64,000 bases of DNA. Source: Elusimicrobiota bacterium (GTDB taxonomy: Bacteria; Elusimicrobiota; Elusimicrobia; JACQPE01). Each line of letters begins with the position of its first letter. The stretch's first letter is position 1. The translations under genes and the position numbers were made by a program. The stretch lies in contig JACPAN010000010.1 in the NCBI GenBank assembly GCA_016180815.1, positions 15,913 to 79,912 on the forward strand, in the 5' to 3' direction. Under the pieces are notes generated by a model. It was not told the origin of the DNA, made no database searches, and was given only the letters and a program-made list of their open reading frames with translations. Positions 44,806 through 54,166 of the stretch are shown here, in pieces.

Positions 44806-45963
44806 TTACACCTTCACCCAATCGTTCCAACGCCGCATGGCCAATCCGCAGGCGACCGCGAACATCGGCCCGGACTCCAATCCTATGCCTGAACCGGGCG
44901 CACCCAAAAGATCAAACGGGTTCAAGAGTTCCACTTGCGTCTTTAACTGGCTCGCCGCGAAAGGAACCAAATTCTTCAGCATGGCGCCGCCGCCGGTAAT
45001 GTAGAGCCGGGAAATGGTCCGATCAACGCCGTGAGTCATGTAAAAATCAGTCGACTTGTTGATTTCCGCGAATAAATCCGAAGCCACGCCGGCAAGAACG
45101 TCGGCGGCCTGCAGCTTCTGCGGTCCTCCCTCCTGATTCTGCAGATTGGCTTTTTCGGTTTCATCGAGCATGATGCCGGAGGCTTTCTTGAATTTTTCGG
45201 CTTCCTCGGCGCCGATGCTGAACGCGTTGTCCAAGGCTCGCGTAAAAGCGCCTCCGGCGATGGCCACGTCGCGAACCACGCGCGGAACGCCTTTCTCAAC
45301 AATGGCTAAATTCGTGATCGTAGCGCCGACATTGACGACGACCACGGTCTCTTGAGCGGCGGCGGGAATCAAATCCAACAGGCTGGCCACGGCGAACGCG
45401 TCGATGTCGACGACGACCGGCCTGGCGCCGGAAGCCGTAAAAATAGACAGACGGCTCTCGATCAAATCTTTTTTGGCTGCGACCAGAATCGTTTCATACT
45501 TGTTCTGGCCTTCATCGACGACGGAGCCGATGATGTAGTAATCGAGGGTGACTTCGCGGATATCGAAAGGAATAAAAGGCTCGGCCTCGAAGCTTAACGT
45601 TTTTTCGAGCTGATCGGCGGGCAGCGATGGCAGTTTGGCTTCGCGGACGATAACGGAGGAGCCGGAAATGCTCGTTGCCGCGAGCGGATTCTTGACGCCC
45701 AAGGAACCGAGGCCGGTTTTAATTTCTCGAACAAGAAAATCTTGGCGAGCGGCCTCTTCAATGGGAATGTCTTTGAGATTGAAGGCCCGGTGAGTCAGGG
45801 ATTCCAATTTCGGAGGCGACGAGCCCTTCTTGATTCCGGCCATTTTGATGCCGGAGGAACCGATATCAATGGCAACGATGGTTTCTTTGGGCGCCGCCAA
45901 CGATGACAGCTTGACGCCCAAGGCTTTGACCTTCGCCGCAATATCTCCCTTCCCTATCGCCAT
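44806..45963 (-). CDS. pilM: Pilus assembly ATPase-like protein PilM
   Basis: Actin-like fold (VAIDIGSSGIKMAG). Confidence 0.85.
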   Translation of the reverse strand: MAIGKGDIAAKVKALGVKLSSLAAPKETIVAIDIGSSGIKMAGIKKGSSPPKLESLTHRAFNLKDIPIEEAARQDFLVREIKTGLGSLGVKNPLAATSISGSSVIVREAKLPSLPADQLEKTLSFEAEPFIPFDIREVTLDYYIIGSVVDEGQNKYETILVAAKKDLIESRLSIFTASGARPVVVDIDAFAVASLLDLIPAAAQETVVVVNVGATITNLAIVEKGVPRVVRDVAIAGGAFTRALDNAFSIGAEEAEKFKKASGIMLDETEKANLQNQEGGPQKLQAADVLAGVASDLFAEINKSTDFYMTHGVDRTISRLYITGGGAMLKNLVPFAASQLKTQVELLNPFDLLGAPGSGIGLESGPMFAVACGLAMRRWNDWVKV

Positions 45964-46077
45964 AATCCGTTACGGCCCGATACCGGCGACAACCCGCGGC
46001 CCGGGCCTGACTCTCCTCCCTTCTATAAGAGACTCCCCGCTTTTCAAGAAGTAGTGTACCAGGGAGCGCAGAGGAAT

Positions 46078-46887
46078 TCAAGGAGCAAACGGAAATTTTA
46101 AGAACGCCGGAAAGAGCATGCCGAACCAAAAGTAAACGGCGGCAGCCAAAACCAAAAACGGGCCGTAAGGAACCGGATCGAGACGGCGCAAACGGCGCAT
46201 CGCCAGCATGGGCGCGGCGTAGAGAACCCCGAAGGTGGACGATAAAAAGACCACGGAAAAAATGCTTTCGATTCCCAGGGCCGCTCCGATTGCGGCGGCG
46301 AGCTTCACATCCCCTCCCCCCATGGCTTCCATCTTGTAAAGTTTCTTACCGACGGCGGCGAATATAAAATACAAACCGCCGCCGCAGAGAGCGCCCAAGC
46401 AAGAAGCCCATAACCGCCCCAAGGCCGATGGTCCCAACAGCGGATTCCACGGCGCGAACGCAATCATGAAAAAAGCCAACCCCACGCTCAGCGCGTCCGG
46501 AATGAGGTAAGTCTCAAAATCAATGAACGCCACGGCCGTCAAAGCCGTCAAAAAAATCAAAAATCCTCCAAACGCGATCCAATCGCTCCATTGCTCGAGG
46601 CCGAGCCGCCGACACGTCAAATAAGCGGCCGCAGCCATGGTCGCCTCAACGAGAGGATAGCGCCATGAAATGGAGCCCCGGCAATAACGGCAACGGCCCT
46701 TGAGCAGAAGGAAACTCAGCAAAGGGATATTGTCCCGGGCCTTGACGCCGGCATGACAATGAGGGCAATAGGAATGGCGCGGGCTCCAGGGGAGCTCTCG
46801 GCGCGGAAGGCGCCAAATTAAAACGTTGGCGAAGCTGCCCATAATCGCTCCGAAGAGAACGCCGGCCAAGCAGTTCATTTCAGCCAC
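46078..46887 (-). CDS. pilD: Prepilin peptidase (A24)
   Basis: N-terminal CxxC...CxxC followed by the polytopic A24 domain. Confidence 0.9.
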   Translation of the reverse strand: MAEMNCLAGVLFGAIMGSFANVLIWRLPRRELPWSPRHSYCPHCHAGVKARDNIPLLSFLLLKGRCRYCRGSISWRYPLVEATMAAAAYLTCRRLGLEQWSDWIAFGGFLIFLTALTAVAFIDFETYLIPDALSVGLAFFMIAFAPWNPLLGPSALGRLWASCLGALCGGGLYFIFAAVGKKLYKMEAMGGGDVKLAAAIGAALGIESIFSVVFLSSTFGVLYAAPMLAMRRLRRLDPVPYGPFLVLAAAVYFWFGMLFPAFLKFPFAP

Positions 46888-47846
46888 CGCTCAAACCACT
46901 CGACGGCATCCGCACCGTAAAACCGATGATCGAAACGATGGCGAATAAAAGACAATCGTTCCTGGCCATGGCGGCCGTAATGCAGGGCTAATTGATTGGC
47001 CATGTGATCGACTCCCTCAAAAGATTCGGTCGGGTCTTGCTCGCCGTGCTCAATCAATATGGGCCGGGGTTTGATTAATGCCGCAATCTGATCTTTATCA
47101 CCGAAATCGGAAAGCAAGAAAGGCACATAATTGTCCGGGGACTGCAAAGGCGCATCCGGATGCAGAAGTATGGCATAAGGCGCGAAAGAAGCGCTGATGT
47201 AAACCGCCCGAAGAGCCGGTTCCAAGGCCGCCGCGTAGAGCGCGATTTGGCCTCCCATGGACCAACCCAGAATCCCCAAACGCCGGGCATCGACCCTGGG
47301 ATGGCGCGCCAGAAAATCCGCGGCGCGCAGCACATCGGCCGTTCGTTCGCCCGTAATGATCCGCCCGGATAAAAGCAGTTGAAACGTTTGACGAATCTCG
47401 TTCTTTAAATTTTGAGGCTCCCAGCGTATCTCCGGCGCCAGGACAACAAATCCGCGGCTGGCCAGCAAAGCGCCGACCGACCACAAATTGACGGAGGTGC
47501 TTAATGCCACCAATTCATCGGGATGGCTCAAATGCCCATGAAGAACGATAACGGCCGGCCGTTTTCCGGGAAAAATATCTTCGGGCGGCAGCGCCAAAAA
47601 AGCCTTTGCCGAATCCACTCCCGTCCTCATGCGCAGGGTCTTGATGCGAATAGGCGCATGCTCGCCGACAAAAGGAAAATTCGGCAAACGAAAAATATCC
47701 GGTCCTTCGATATTCACCGAGTCCCAGGCCCATGGACCCCGGATTCTTAAAAGCTTCTCCAGCCGCTCGACATCCGCCCGGCCGCACTGGTTAAGCAGCA
47801 AAGCAGCGGCCAGGATTAATGCAATTCTTCTAATTGAATCCGGCAT
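46875..47846 (-). CDS. Secreted alpha/beta hydrolase (dienelactone hydrolase/esterase-like)
   Basis: Signal peptide, a GWSMGG nucleophile elbow and the VIVLHGH oxyanion region. Confidence 0.7.
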   Translation of the reverse strand: MPDSIRRIALILAAALLLNQCGRADVERLEKLLRIRGPWAWDSVNIEGPDIFRLPNFPFVGEHAPIRIKTLRMRTGVDSAKAFLALPPEDIFPGKRPAVIVLHGHLSHPDELVALSTSVNLWSVGALLASRGFVVLAPEIRWEPQNLKNEIRQTFQLLLSGRIITGERTADVLRAADFLARHPRVDARRLGILGWSMGGQIALYAAALEPALRAVYISASFAPYAILLHPDAPLQSPDNYVPFLLSDFGDKDQIAALIKPRPILIEHGEQDPTESFEGVDHMANQLALHYGRHGQERLSFIRHRFDHRFYGADAVEWFERWLK

Positions 47847-47970
47847 AGCTCCTGCATTGCGTCATCGTGATCGCGAGAGCATCGTAACAATCTAGCAAGC
47901 CCGGTTCCATATTATGAATCGCGCGGGTGCAGCCAGCGCAACCCAAAGCCAACCCTTGATCTAATGAACC

Positions 47971-48033
47971 AAAAAAGAGACCCCCCGCCGGGAAATTTGA
48001 AATTTTGAATCTCAAATTTTCTAGCGGGGGGTC
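47971..48033 (-). terminator. Rho-independent terminator downstream of the pilin gene
   Basis: GACCCCCCGC (47979-47988) pairs with GCGGGGGGTC (48024-48033) around an internally paired AT-rich loop. An A6 run on the plus strand (47971-47976) gives the U-tract on the minus-strand transcript. Confidence 0.6.
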
Positions 48034-48050
48034 AATTCAACAGTCAGTAA

Positions 48051-48524
48051 TTATCGAGTATTCCAGACGACCGCTTTGCTGTCGTTATGCGTGCAGCCGA
48101 CATAGATATGTCCCCAGTTGGATGAGGTATTGTTGTTGATGTACTGCCACTGCCCGTTCTCCGCCGTTGAGGAGAACTCGGTTAGACCAGTCACCGCCGT
48201 TGTCTTGGCATGGCCGGGATTATTCACGTCGTTAAAGCCAGGCACCAAGGCTTCGGGCATGGCTTTCAAGTACTTCTGGTTCGATGTCAGCACACCGAGG
48301 GTGTCCGTCGGGCTTAAGCCATCGGCGTCTCCATAGTAAATGGAGAGCGCGCTGCGGACGGCGGTTAAGTTGCCTCTGGTTTTACCCTCCTGCGCTTTTC
48401 TGACTAAGTCCGCGAACTTGGGGATCGCGATTGCCGCGAGAATACCGATAATAGCCACCACGATCATAAGTTCGACCAGGGTGAAGCCCCGTTCGCTGGA
48501 CCTTTTCATTGTTTTTTTGGACAT
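48051..48524 (-). CDS. pilA: Type IV pilin (PilA-like)
   Basis: Leader MSKKTMKRSSERG then FTLVELMIVVAIIGILAAIAIP (class III signal). A GGGAGGTG RBS is present. Confidence 0.85.
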   Translation of the reverse strand: MSKKTMKRSSERGFTLVELMIVVAIIGILAAIAIPKFADLVRKAQEGKTRGNLTAVRSALSIYYGDADGLSPTDTLGVLTSNQKYLKAMPEALVPGFNDVNNPGHAKTTAVTGLTEFSSTAENGQWQYINNNTSSNWGHIYVGCTHNDSKAVVWNTR

Positions 48525-48653
48525 TCTTTTCACCTCCCTTTTCAAAGAACGCTTATTTGTGAACGCTGAGCGCCCACCTGTCAAGACTAACACAATTCCC
48601 TAAACCGCGCAATGTATGCATGGTCACAAACCGGGATGCCGACAAATTTGAAA

Positions 48654-49883
48654 TCACTCGCCCACGCCGCCGGCCATTTGGGAAATCTGGAACATGGGCA
48701 AAAACATGGCGATCACGATGGAGCCGATGACAAGGCCCATAAAAACGATCACCACGGGTTCGATCATGCTGGTCAATCCTTTAACCGCGGCATCCACCTC
48801 GCTGTCATAGAAATCAGCAATTTTGTTAAGCATGGTATCGAGATTGCCGGTTTCCTCCCCGATCGCGATCATCTGAACGACCATCGGTGGAAAAACCGAG
48901 CTTTTCTTCAACGGCTCGACTAAACGCATGCCTTCCTGAACGGATTTTTTTGAATCCAAGACCGTGCGCTCGATCACTTTATTGCCGCTCGCCCGGGCTA
49001 CGGTGTCCAAGGCGTCAAGGATATTGACCCCGGATTTAATCATGGTCGCCAAGGTCCGGCAGAATTTCGTAACCGCGACCTTTTTGAGGATATCCCCGAA
49101 CACAGGCAGTTTGAGCAGAATTTCATCGATTTTGAAGGCGTATTTTTCAACCTTTTTCGCCTTTTTATAAATCTGAAACAAGCCGGCGGGAATAACGACA
49201 AACATATAAAAATAACGCGTGCACACATCCGAAAGGCCCAAGAGCACCCTTGTCGGAGTGGGCATTTCCGAGCCGAACGATTCAAAAATCTCCTTGAATT
49301 TGGGAATAATGGCGATCATCAAAAACGCGGTGACCGCGATGGCGATAAACAACATGACCGCCGGGTAAATCATCGCTCCCTTAACCTTGTGCTTTAACTC
49401 TTCCGCCGCCTCCAGGTATGAGCACAGCCGGTCGAGAATCACATCAAGCACTCCGCCCAACTCGCCGGCGCGGATCATGGAAACATAAAGATCGTCGAAA
49501 GCGTCCGGATATTTTTTGAGCGCTTCATTGATGGCGACGCCGCTTTCAATATCGTTTTTCAGACCGTCGACCACGGTTTTAAATCGCGGGTTCTCAATTT
49601 GATTGACCATCATATTCAAGCCCTGAACGATGGGCACGCCGGCTGAAATCAACGTGGACATCTGCCGGGAAAAAATAACAAGGTCTTTGCTGCCGACCGA
49701 GGGCTTGAACGGGTTGATGGACTGCAAAAAGCCCATGATTCCGGTCGCCCCGGCCGGGCCTAGCTCCGTGACGGAATATTTCATCGCCCGCAGCTGATTC
49801 ATGGCTGCGCGCATCTCCGGAGCCTCAACCGTGCCTGAGGTCAATGAGCCGTTGGGCATCTTGGCTTTATAGGCAAAGAGCAT
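48654..49883 (-). CDS. pilC: Type IV pilus platform protein PilC (GspF family)
   Basis: 409 aa with duplicated GspF domains. Confidence 0.9.
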   Translation of the reverse strand: MLFAYKAKMPNGSLTSGTVEAPEMRAAMNQLRAMKYSVTELGPAGATGIMGFLQSINPFKPSVGSKDLVIFSRQMSTLISAGVPIVQGLNMMVNQIENPRFKTVVDGLKNDIESGVAINEALKKYPDAFDDLYVSMIRAGELGGVLDVILDRLCSYLEAAEELKHKVKGAMIYPAVMLFIAIAVTAFLMIAIIPKFKEIFESFGSEMPTPTRVLLGLSDVCTRYFYMFVVIPAGLFQIYKKAKKVEKYAFKIDEILLKLPVFGDILKKVAVTKFCRTLATMIKSGVNILDALDTVARASGNKVIERTVLDSKKSVQEGMRLVEPLKKSSVFPPMVVQMIAIGEETGNLDTMLNKIADFYDSEVDAAVKGLTSMIEPVVIVFMGLVIGSIVIAMFLPMFQISQMAGGVGE

Positions 49884-49889
49884 AAATCG

Positions 49890-50978
49890 TTACTTCTTGG
49901 CCGCAAGGCCGACTCGGTCGCCGATTAAACGCTTCAGATCATCGGGCGCGGTCGAAGCCTCCAACGCCGTATCGTAAAGAATCAGACGCCGGCGATAAAG
50001 ATCAGCCAGTGATTGATTCATAGTCTGCATCCCGAATTTAGACCCGGTTTGAATGAGGGTTTGGATCTGCTCAACCTTGGCTTCCCGGATCAGATTGCGT
50101 ATCGCGGACGTCGCCATCAAGACTTCGGCGGCGAGCACGCGGCCATTGCCCGAGGCATGAATCAACAACTGTTGACACAAGACGGCCTCAATGACGAAGG
50201 ACAATTGCACGCGCACCTGCTCCTGTTGATGCGCCGGAAAAACATCAATGATGCGGTTGATGCTCTGGGCCGCGTCATTGGTGTGCAGCGTCGCAAAAAC
50301 CAAATGCCCGGTTTCAGCCACGTTCAACGCCGTCTGCACGGTTTCCAAATCCCTTAGCTCGCCGATCAAAATAATATCCGGGTCCTGGCGGAGGATGTGC
50401 CTTAAGGCATTGCCGAACGACTGCGTGTCTTGTCCGATCTCGCGCTGGTTGATCAGGCTGCGTTTATGGGAATGGATGAATTCGATAGGGTCTTCGATGG
50501 TCACGATATGGCCCGAACGATTTTCGTTGACGTAATTGATGATGGCCGCCAACGTGGTTGATTTGCCCGAGCCCGTGGGCCCGGTGACCAACACAAGCCC
50601 CTTGGGCATTTTCGCGATGTCATAGGTCACCTGCGGCAGGCCCAATTGCTCGAAGGTCGATGTCAACTCGGGGATCAGCCTCAACGCCGCAGCCACGAAA
50701 TTACGCTGCTTAAACACGTTGACTCGAAAACGTCCGATGCCCTTAAACGTCAGTGAAGCGTCTAATTCGCTGGTTTCTTCAAAACGCCGTTTTTGCTCCT
50801 CGGTCAGGATCGAATAAACAAGGTCGTGGGTGTGTTCCGGGGTCAAGCTGTCGCCGGGCATCAAAACCAGTTCGCCGTCTAAGCGGATGGCCGGAGGACT
50901 GCCGGCCGTGATATGAATATCGCTGCCGCCTTTTAACTTGGCGTATTGAAGAATCTCGTCAATCGTCAAACGAACCAC
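49890..50978 (-). CDS. pilT: Twitching motility retraction ATPase PilT
   Basis: GPTGSGKSTT Walker A and the PilT-specific AIRNLIRE motif. The start codon is GTG. Confidence 0.9.
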   Translation of the reverse strand: MVRLTIDEILQYAKLKGGSDIHITAGSPPAIRLDGELVLMPGDSLTPEHTHDLVYSILTEEQKRRFEETSELDASLTFKGIGRFRVNVFKQRNFVAAALRLIPELTSTFEQLGLPQVTYDIAKMPKGLVLVTGPTGSGKSTTLAAIINYVNENRSGHIVTIEDPIEFIHSHKRSLINQREIGQDTQSFGNALRHILRQDPDIILIGELRDLETVQTALNVAETGHLVFATLHTNDAAQSINRIIDVFPAHQQEQVRVQLSFVIEAVLCQQLLIHASGNGRVLAAEVLMATSAIRNLIREAKVEQIQTLIQTGSKFGMQTMNQSLADLYRRRLILYDTALEASTAPDDLKRLIGDRVGLAAKK

Positions 50979-51064
50979 CCCCTCCCCGAAAAGAACCTTA
51001 GTCCCTTAATAGTGTGGCCGAATTTAACCGCCTTTGCAAGAGGAAATTATCGAAACCCGCGGCG

Positions 51065-51583
51065 TTAAAGCGTCATCAGCGCTTTGGCCACGCAAGCCGG
51101 CGCAAAGGCCTTCGGATTTTTTCCTAAACGCGCAATCTCTTTAACGAGCGACGAGGAAAGATAGATGTGCTTTTCATCCGGCATCAAATAAACCGTATCC
51201 ATCGCCGGGTTAAGCCGCCTGTTCATCAGCGCCATTTGCAGCTCGCTTTCAAAATCGGAAATAAACCGCAAGCCTCGGATGACGACCGAAGCGCCGCGTC
51301 TTCTCATGTAATCGGTGAGCAACCCATCAAAAACTTCAACTCTGACACCCTGGGTCAACCGGCGTTCGCGAAGGGACCGGATGATCAACGATTGGCGCTC
51401 ATTGAGCGAAAAAGACGGATTTTTGACCGAGTTGTTGCTGACGGCAATGGTCACCGACCCGAAAAGTTCGCGCGCGCGCCGGATAATGTCGAGATGCCCG
51501 TTGGTGATGGGATCGAAACTGCCGGGATAAACAGCCGATCCTTTCGACGCGGAGCCTCTAGCTCTACTGTGAAACATATCCAT
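51065..51583 (-). CDS. coaD: Phosphopantetheine adenylyltransferase
   Basis: AVYPGSFDPITNGHLDII (the T/HxGH motif). The start is assigned to the nearest upstream Met. Confidence 0.85.
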   Translation of the reverse strand: MDMFHSRARGSASKGSAVYPGSFDPITNGHLDIIRRARELFGSVTIAVSNNSVKNPSFSLNERQSLIIRSLRERRLTQGVRVEVFDGLLTDYMRRRGASVVIRGLRFISDFESELQMALMNRRLNPAMDTVYLMPDEKHIYLSSSLVKEIARLGKNPKAFAPACVAKALMTL

Positions 51584-51741
51584 TTCTGCTGCAATTTTGG
51601 CTTTTGGCCTGCGACTTTGCCGGATTTTTCTTACATATATTCCATATATGCTCAAAAAATCCGGCTTCGTCTCGGCTCAAAATCCAAAATTTCGCCATGA
51701 AAGCGATATGTCTCACAGTAGAGTTAGCCATCAATCATATG

Positions 51742-53973
51742 CTACGAAATATCACTCTGCAAAAAATCGCGGCCGAAACGCTCCTCGACGGCGCGGCGCA
51801 ACTGAGGATCGAGCGCAGCGTCGCCTTGAACCTGGCGATGGACCAAGGCCCGCGCCGCCGGGATCAAATCCTTGTCCTGCTTCCAATCAAAATAACCCAA
51901 ATCAAAATCGCCGTGCTGAACCCGGCCCAGCAATTCCCCGGGGCCCCGAAGTTCAAGGTCAAGCTCTCCGATCTCAAAACCACTGCGGCATTCGCAGAAA
52001 CGCTTCAGCCGGTCGAGAGACAAATCCGCTTCGCCGGCGGCCGCAGGCTCCTGGAAAAGAAGGTCCTTTGGGCGCTCCACCGCCGGAGTCCCTGCGGCGG
52101 CCTGATGCTGCGCCGATGAAAAGACCAAAACGCACAAACCTTCCTTGGCGCCGCGTCCGACGCGGCCGCGCAATTGATGGAGAGTGGCCAGGCCGAAGCG
52201 CTCCGCGCCCAGCACGATCATCGCGCCGGCCCGGGCCACATCGATGCCGACTTCGATGACCGTCGTGGCCAACAAAACATCGGAGCGGCCTTGAGCGAAA
52301 TTTTTAAGCGCCTCTTCTTTTTCCTTGGACGGCATCCGGCCGTGGATGGTTCCGATTCGATGTTTCGGGAAAAGCTTCACGAGTTCACCGCGCTCTTTTT
52401 CCAAATTATAAAGCTCGGACGATTCTTCGATCGCCGGAACCACGACATACGCCTGCTGCCCCTCCCCCAAAGCGGCGCGCAAGCGCTCCCAGGCTTCCTG
52501 TTCGGTCTTAACCAAAATAGCTTTGGCGATCGGGTGCCCCGACGGAAGCTCCTCCATCGTTGAAATATCCAAGTCGCCGTAAAGGGCCAGAGCCAAGGTT
52601 CGGGGAATAGGGGTGGCGGAGAGAACCAAACAGTCCGGCGAACTCGCCTTATTTCTCAACGTCCAGCGCTGATTGACGCCGAAGCGGTGCTGCTCATCGA
52701 TGACGGTCAAGGCCAGGCTTTGGAAGCGGACATCGGGGTCCAATAACGCATGCGTTCCCACGACCAGCTTGATATGACCGGCGGCCAAACCTTCCAAAAT
52801 TTCCTTGCGCTCCTTCGCCTGGGTATCGCTGGTCAATGACGCGATGCTGACGCCCAAAGGCTCCAAAAATTCTTTTAAATTGATGAGGTGCTGAAAAACC
52901 AAAATTTCAGTCGGCGCGATGAAAGCCGCCTGATGCCCCGATGCCACGGCTTGGCAAATCGCCGCCAGGGCGACCAAGGTCTTTCCCGATCCCACTTCCC
53001 CCTGCAACAGCCGGTTCATGGGCGCGGGCCGGTTCATGTCGCGAATAATGTCGTCGATAGCCTTTTGCTGCCCTTGCGTCAACACCAGCCCGCGATGGCT
53101 CAACAGTTTGTCGAATAAGGGCGAGCTGGGGCCGGGCAGATAGGTATGTTTTTTTGAGGCGTCGACCATCCGGCGGCGCCTGAGCTCCATGGCCAAGGCC
53201 AAAAGAAAAATTTGCCAAAAAGCGAGGGTCATGCGGGCCCGCCGGCGTGTTTCCAAATTTGCGGGGAAATGAATCTCTTCCCTCGCGTTTTTTAAATCCG
53301 TCACGCCCTCGGGAAGATGCTCGGCCCAATCCTTGGGCCAAGACCAACAGGAAGCATGCTCGCGCCAAACTTTAAGCGCCCCCCAGCGCAACTCTCTGAG
53401 CTTGCGCTGAGATACGCCTTCGGTCGCCGGATAAACCGGGATCCAGCCGCCCCAATGAGGAGAAGCTTTGGGCAGGAGCCCGTCATCCAACGCATCGTAT
53501 TCTTCAACATAAAGGCCGACACCCTGGTGCTTCGGAACGGACGAATGATCCAGGCGGCCGAACGCCAAAATTTTTCGCCCGGGGGCGATCTCTTGGCGCA
53601 AGCGGCCGAATACGTCGAAACGCGAACGCCGGCGGATCCAAAGCAAGGAAAGCCCGGGAAGGTAGCGATCCTGAGTCTTGACCGTGGCTCTGAAAAAACA
53701 AAGATTCTTGTAAGGGTTGACGCTTTCATGAACGCTCTCGATTTCGCAAACGAACGCGCGTCGGGGTTCGTTGGACGCGGGCTTGAAATCCCCGAACAGG
53801 CGGCGGTCTTCCCAAGCGCGCGGCCCGGCCAACACAAGATCGCCGACCGTGCGCACGCCCAAGCGGGCCAGCTTCTCCTCCCATCGGGGCCCCACCCCTT
53901 TGAGATAGCGCACGGACGTCTCCAAGGTCAAGCGATACTCCCCGGAAAGTTTGGTAAAATGTTCTCTAATCAT
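51742..53973 (-). CDS. recG: ATP-dependent DNA helicase RecG
   Basis: 743 aa with a wedge domain and an SF2 helicase (GDVGSGKT; DEQHRFG). Confidence 0.9.
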   Translation of the reverse strand: MIREHFTKLSGEYRLTLETSVRYLKGVGPRWEEKLARLGVRTVGDLVLAGPRAWEDRRLFGDFKPASNEPRRAFVCEIESVHESVNPYKNLCFFRATVKTQDRYLPGLSLLWIRRRSRFDVFGRLRQEIAPGRKILAFGRLDHSSVPKHQGVGLYVEEYDALDDGLLPKASPHWGGWIPVYPATEGVSQRKLRELRWGALKVWREHASCWSWPKDWAEHLPEGVTDLKNAREEIHFPANLETRRRARMTLAFWQIFLLALAMELRRRRMVDASKKHTYLPGPSSPLFDKLLSHRGLVLTQGQQKAIDDIIRDMNRPAPMNRLLQGEVGSGKTLVALAAICQAVASGHQAAFIAPTEILVFQHLINLKEFLEPLGVSIASLTSDTQAKERKEILEGLAAGHIKLVVGTHALLDPDVRFQSLALTVIDEQHRFGVNQRWTLRNKASSPDCLVLSATPIPRTLALALYGDLDISTMEELPSGHPIAKAILVKTEQEAWERLRAALGEGQQAYVVVPAIEESSELYNLEKERGELVKLFPKHRIGTIHGRMPSKEKEEALKNFAQGRSDVLLATTVIEVGIDVARAGAMIVLGAERFGLATLHQLRGRVGRGAKEGLCVLVFSSAQHQAAAGTPAVERPKDLLFQEPAAAGEADLSLDRLKRFCECRSGFEIGELDLELRGPGELLGRVQHGDFDLGYFDWKQDKDLIPAARALVHRQVQGDAALDPQLRRAVEERFGRDFLQSDIS

Positions 53974-54166
53974 GGCTTATAAATGTGAAATCTGCGGCAA
54001 AGGCCCGAGAGCGGGCAAAAGCGTCAGCCATTCCAATAAAGCGACGAACCGATATTTCCGCCCGAATCTTTTCCGGCGCAAAGTCTATCTGGAAGGCGCG
54101 CCCAGCAGAGTGTACGTCTGCAGCATTTGCGTCAAATCGGGCCGCGCAAAGTTTCAACCCGCCTAA
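53972..54166 (+). CDS. rpmB: 50S ribosomal protein L28
   Basis: MAYKCEICGKGPRAGKSVSHSNKATNRYFRPNLFRRKVYLEG...VCSICVKSGR. Confidence 0.9.
   Translation: MAYKCEICGKGPRAGKSVSHSNKATNRYFRPNLFRRKVYLEGAPSRVYVCSICVKSGRAKFQPA

Noticed and set aside
45964-46077. Possible promoter (TTGAAA ... TATAGA) upstream of pilM
   Set aside because: The spacer is only about 14 nt, and the region may simply be the pilD-pilM spacer. Not supportable.
51597-52259. Plus-strand 220-aa and 171-aa ORFs overlapping recG
   Set aside because: Arg/Pro-rich low-complexity antisense frames.
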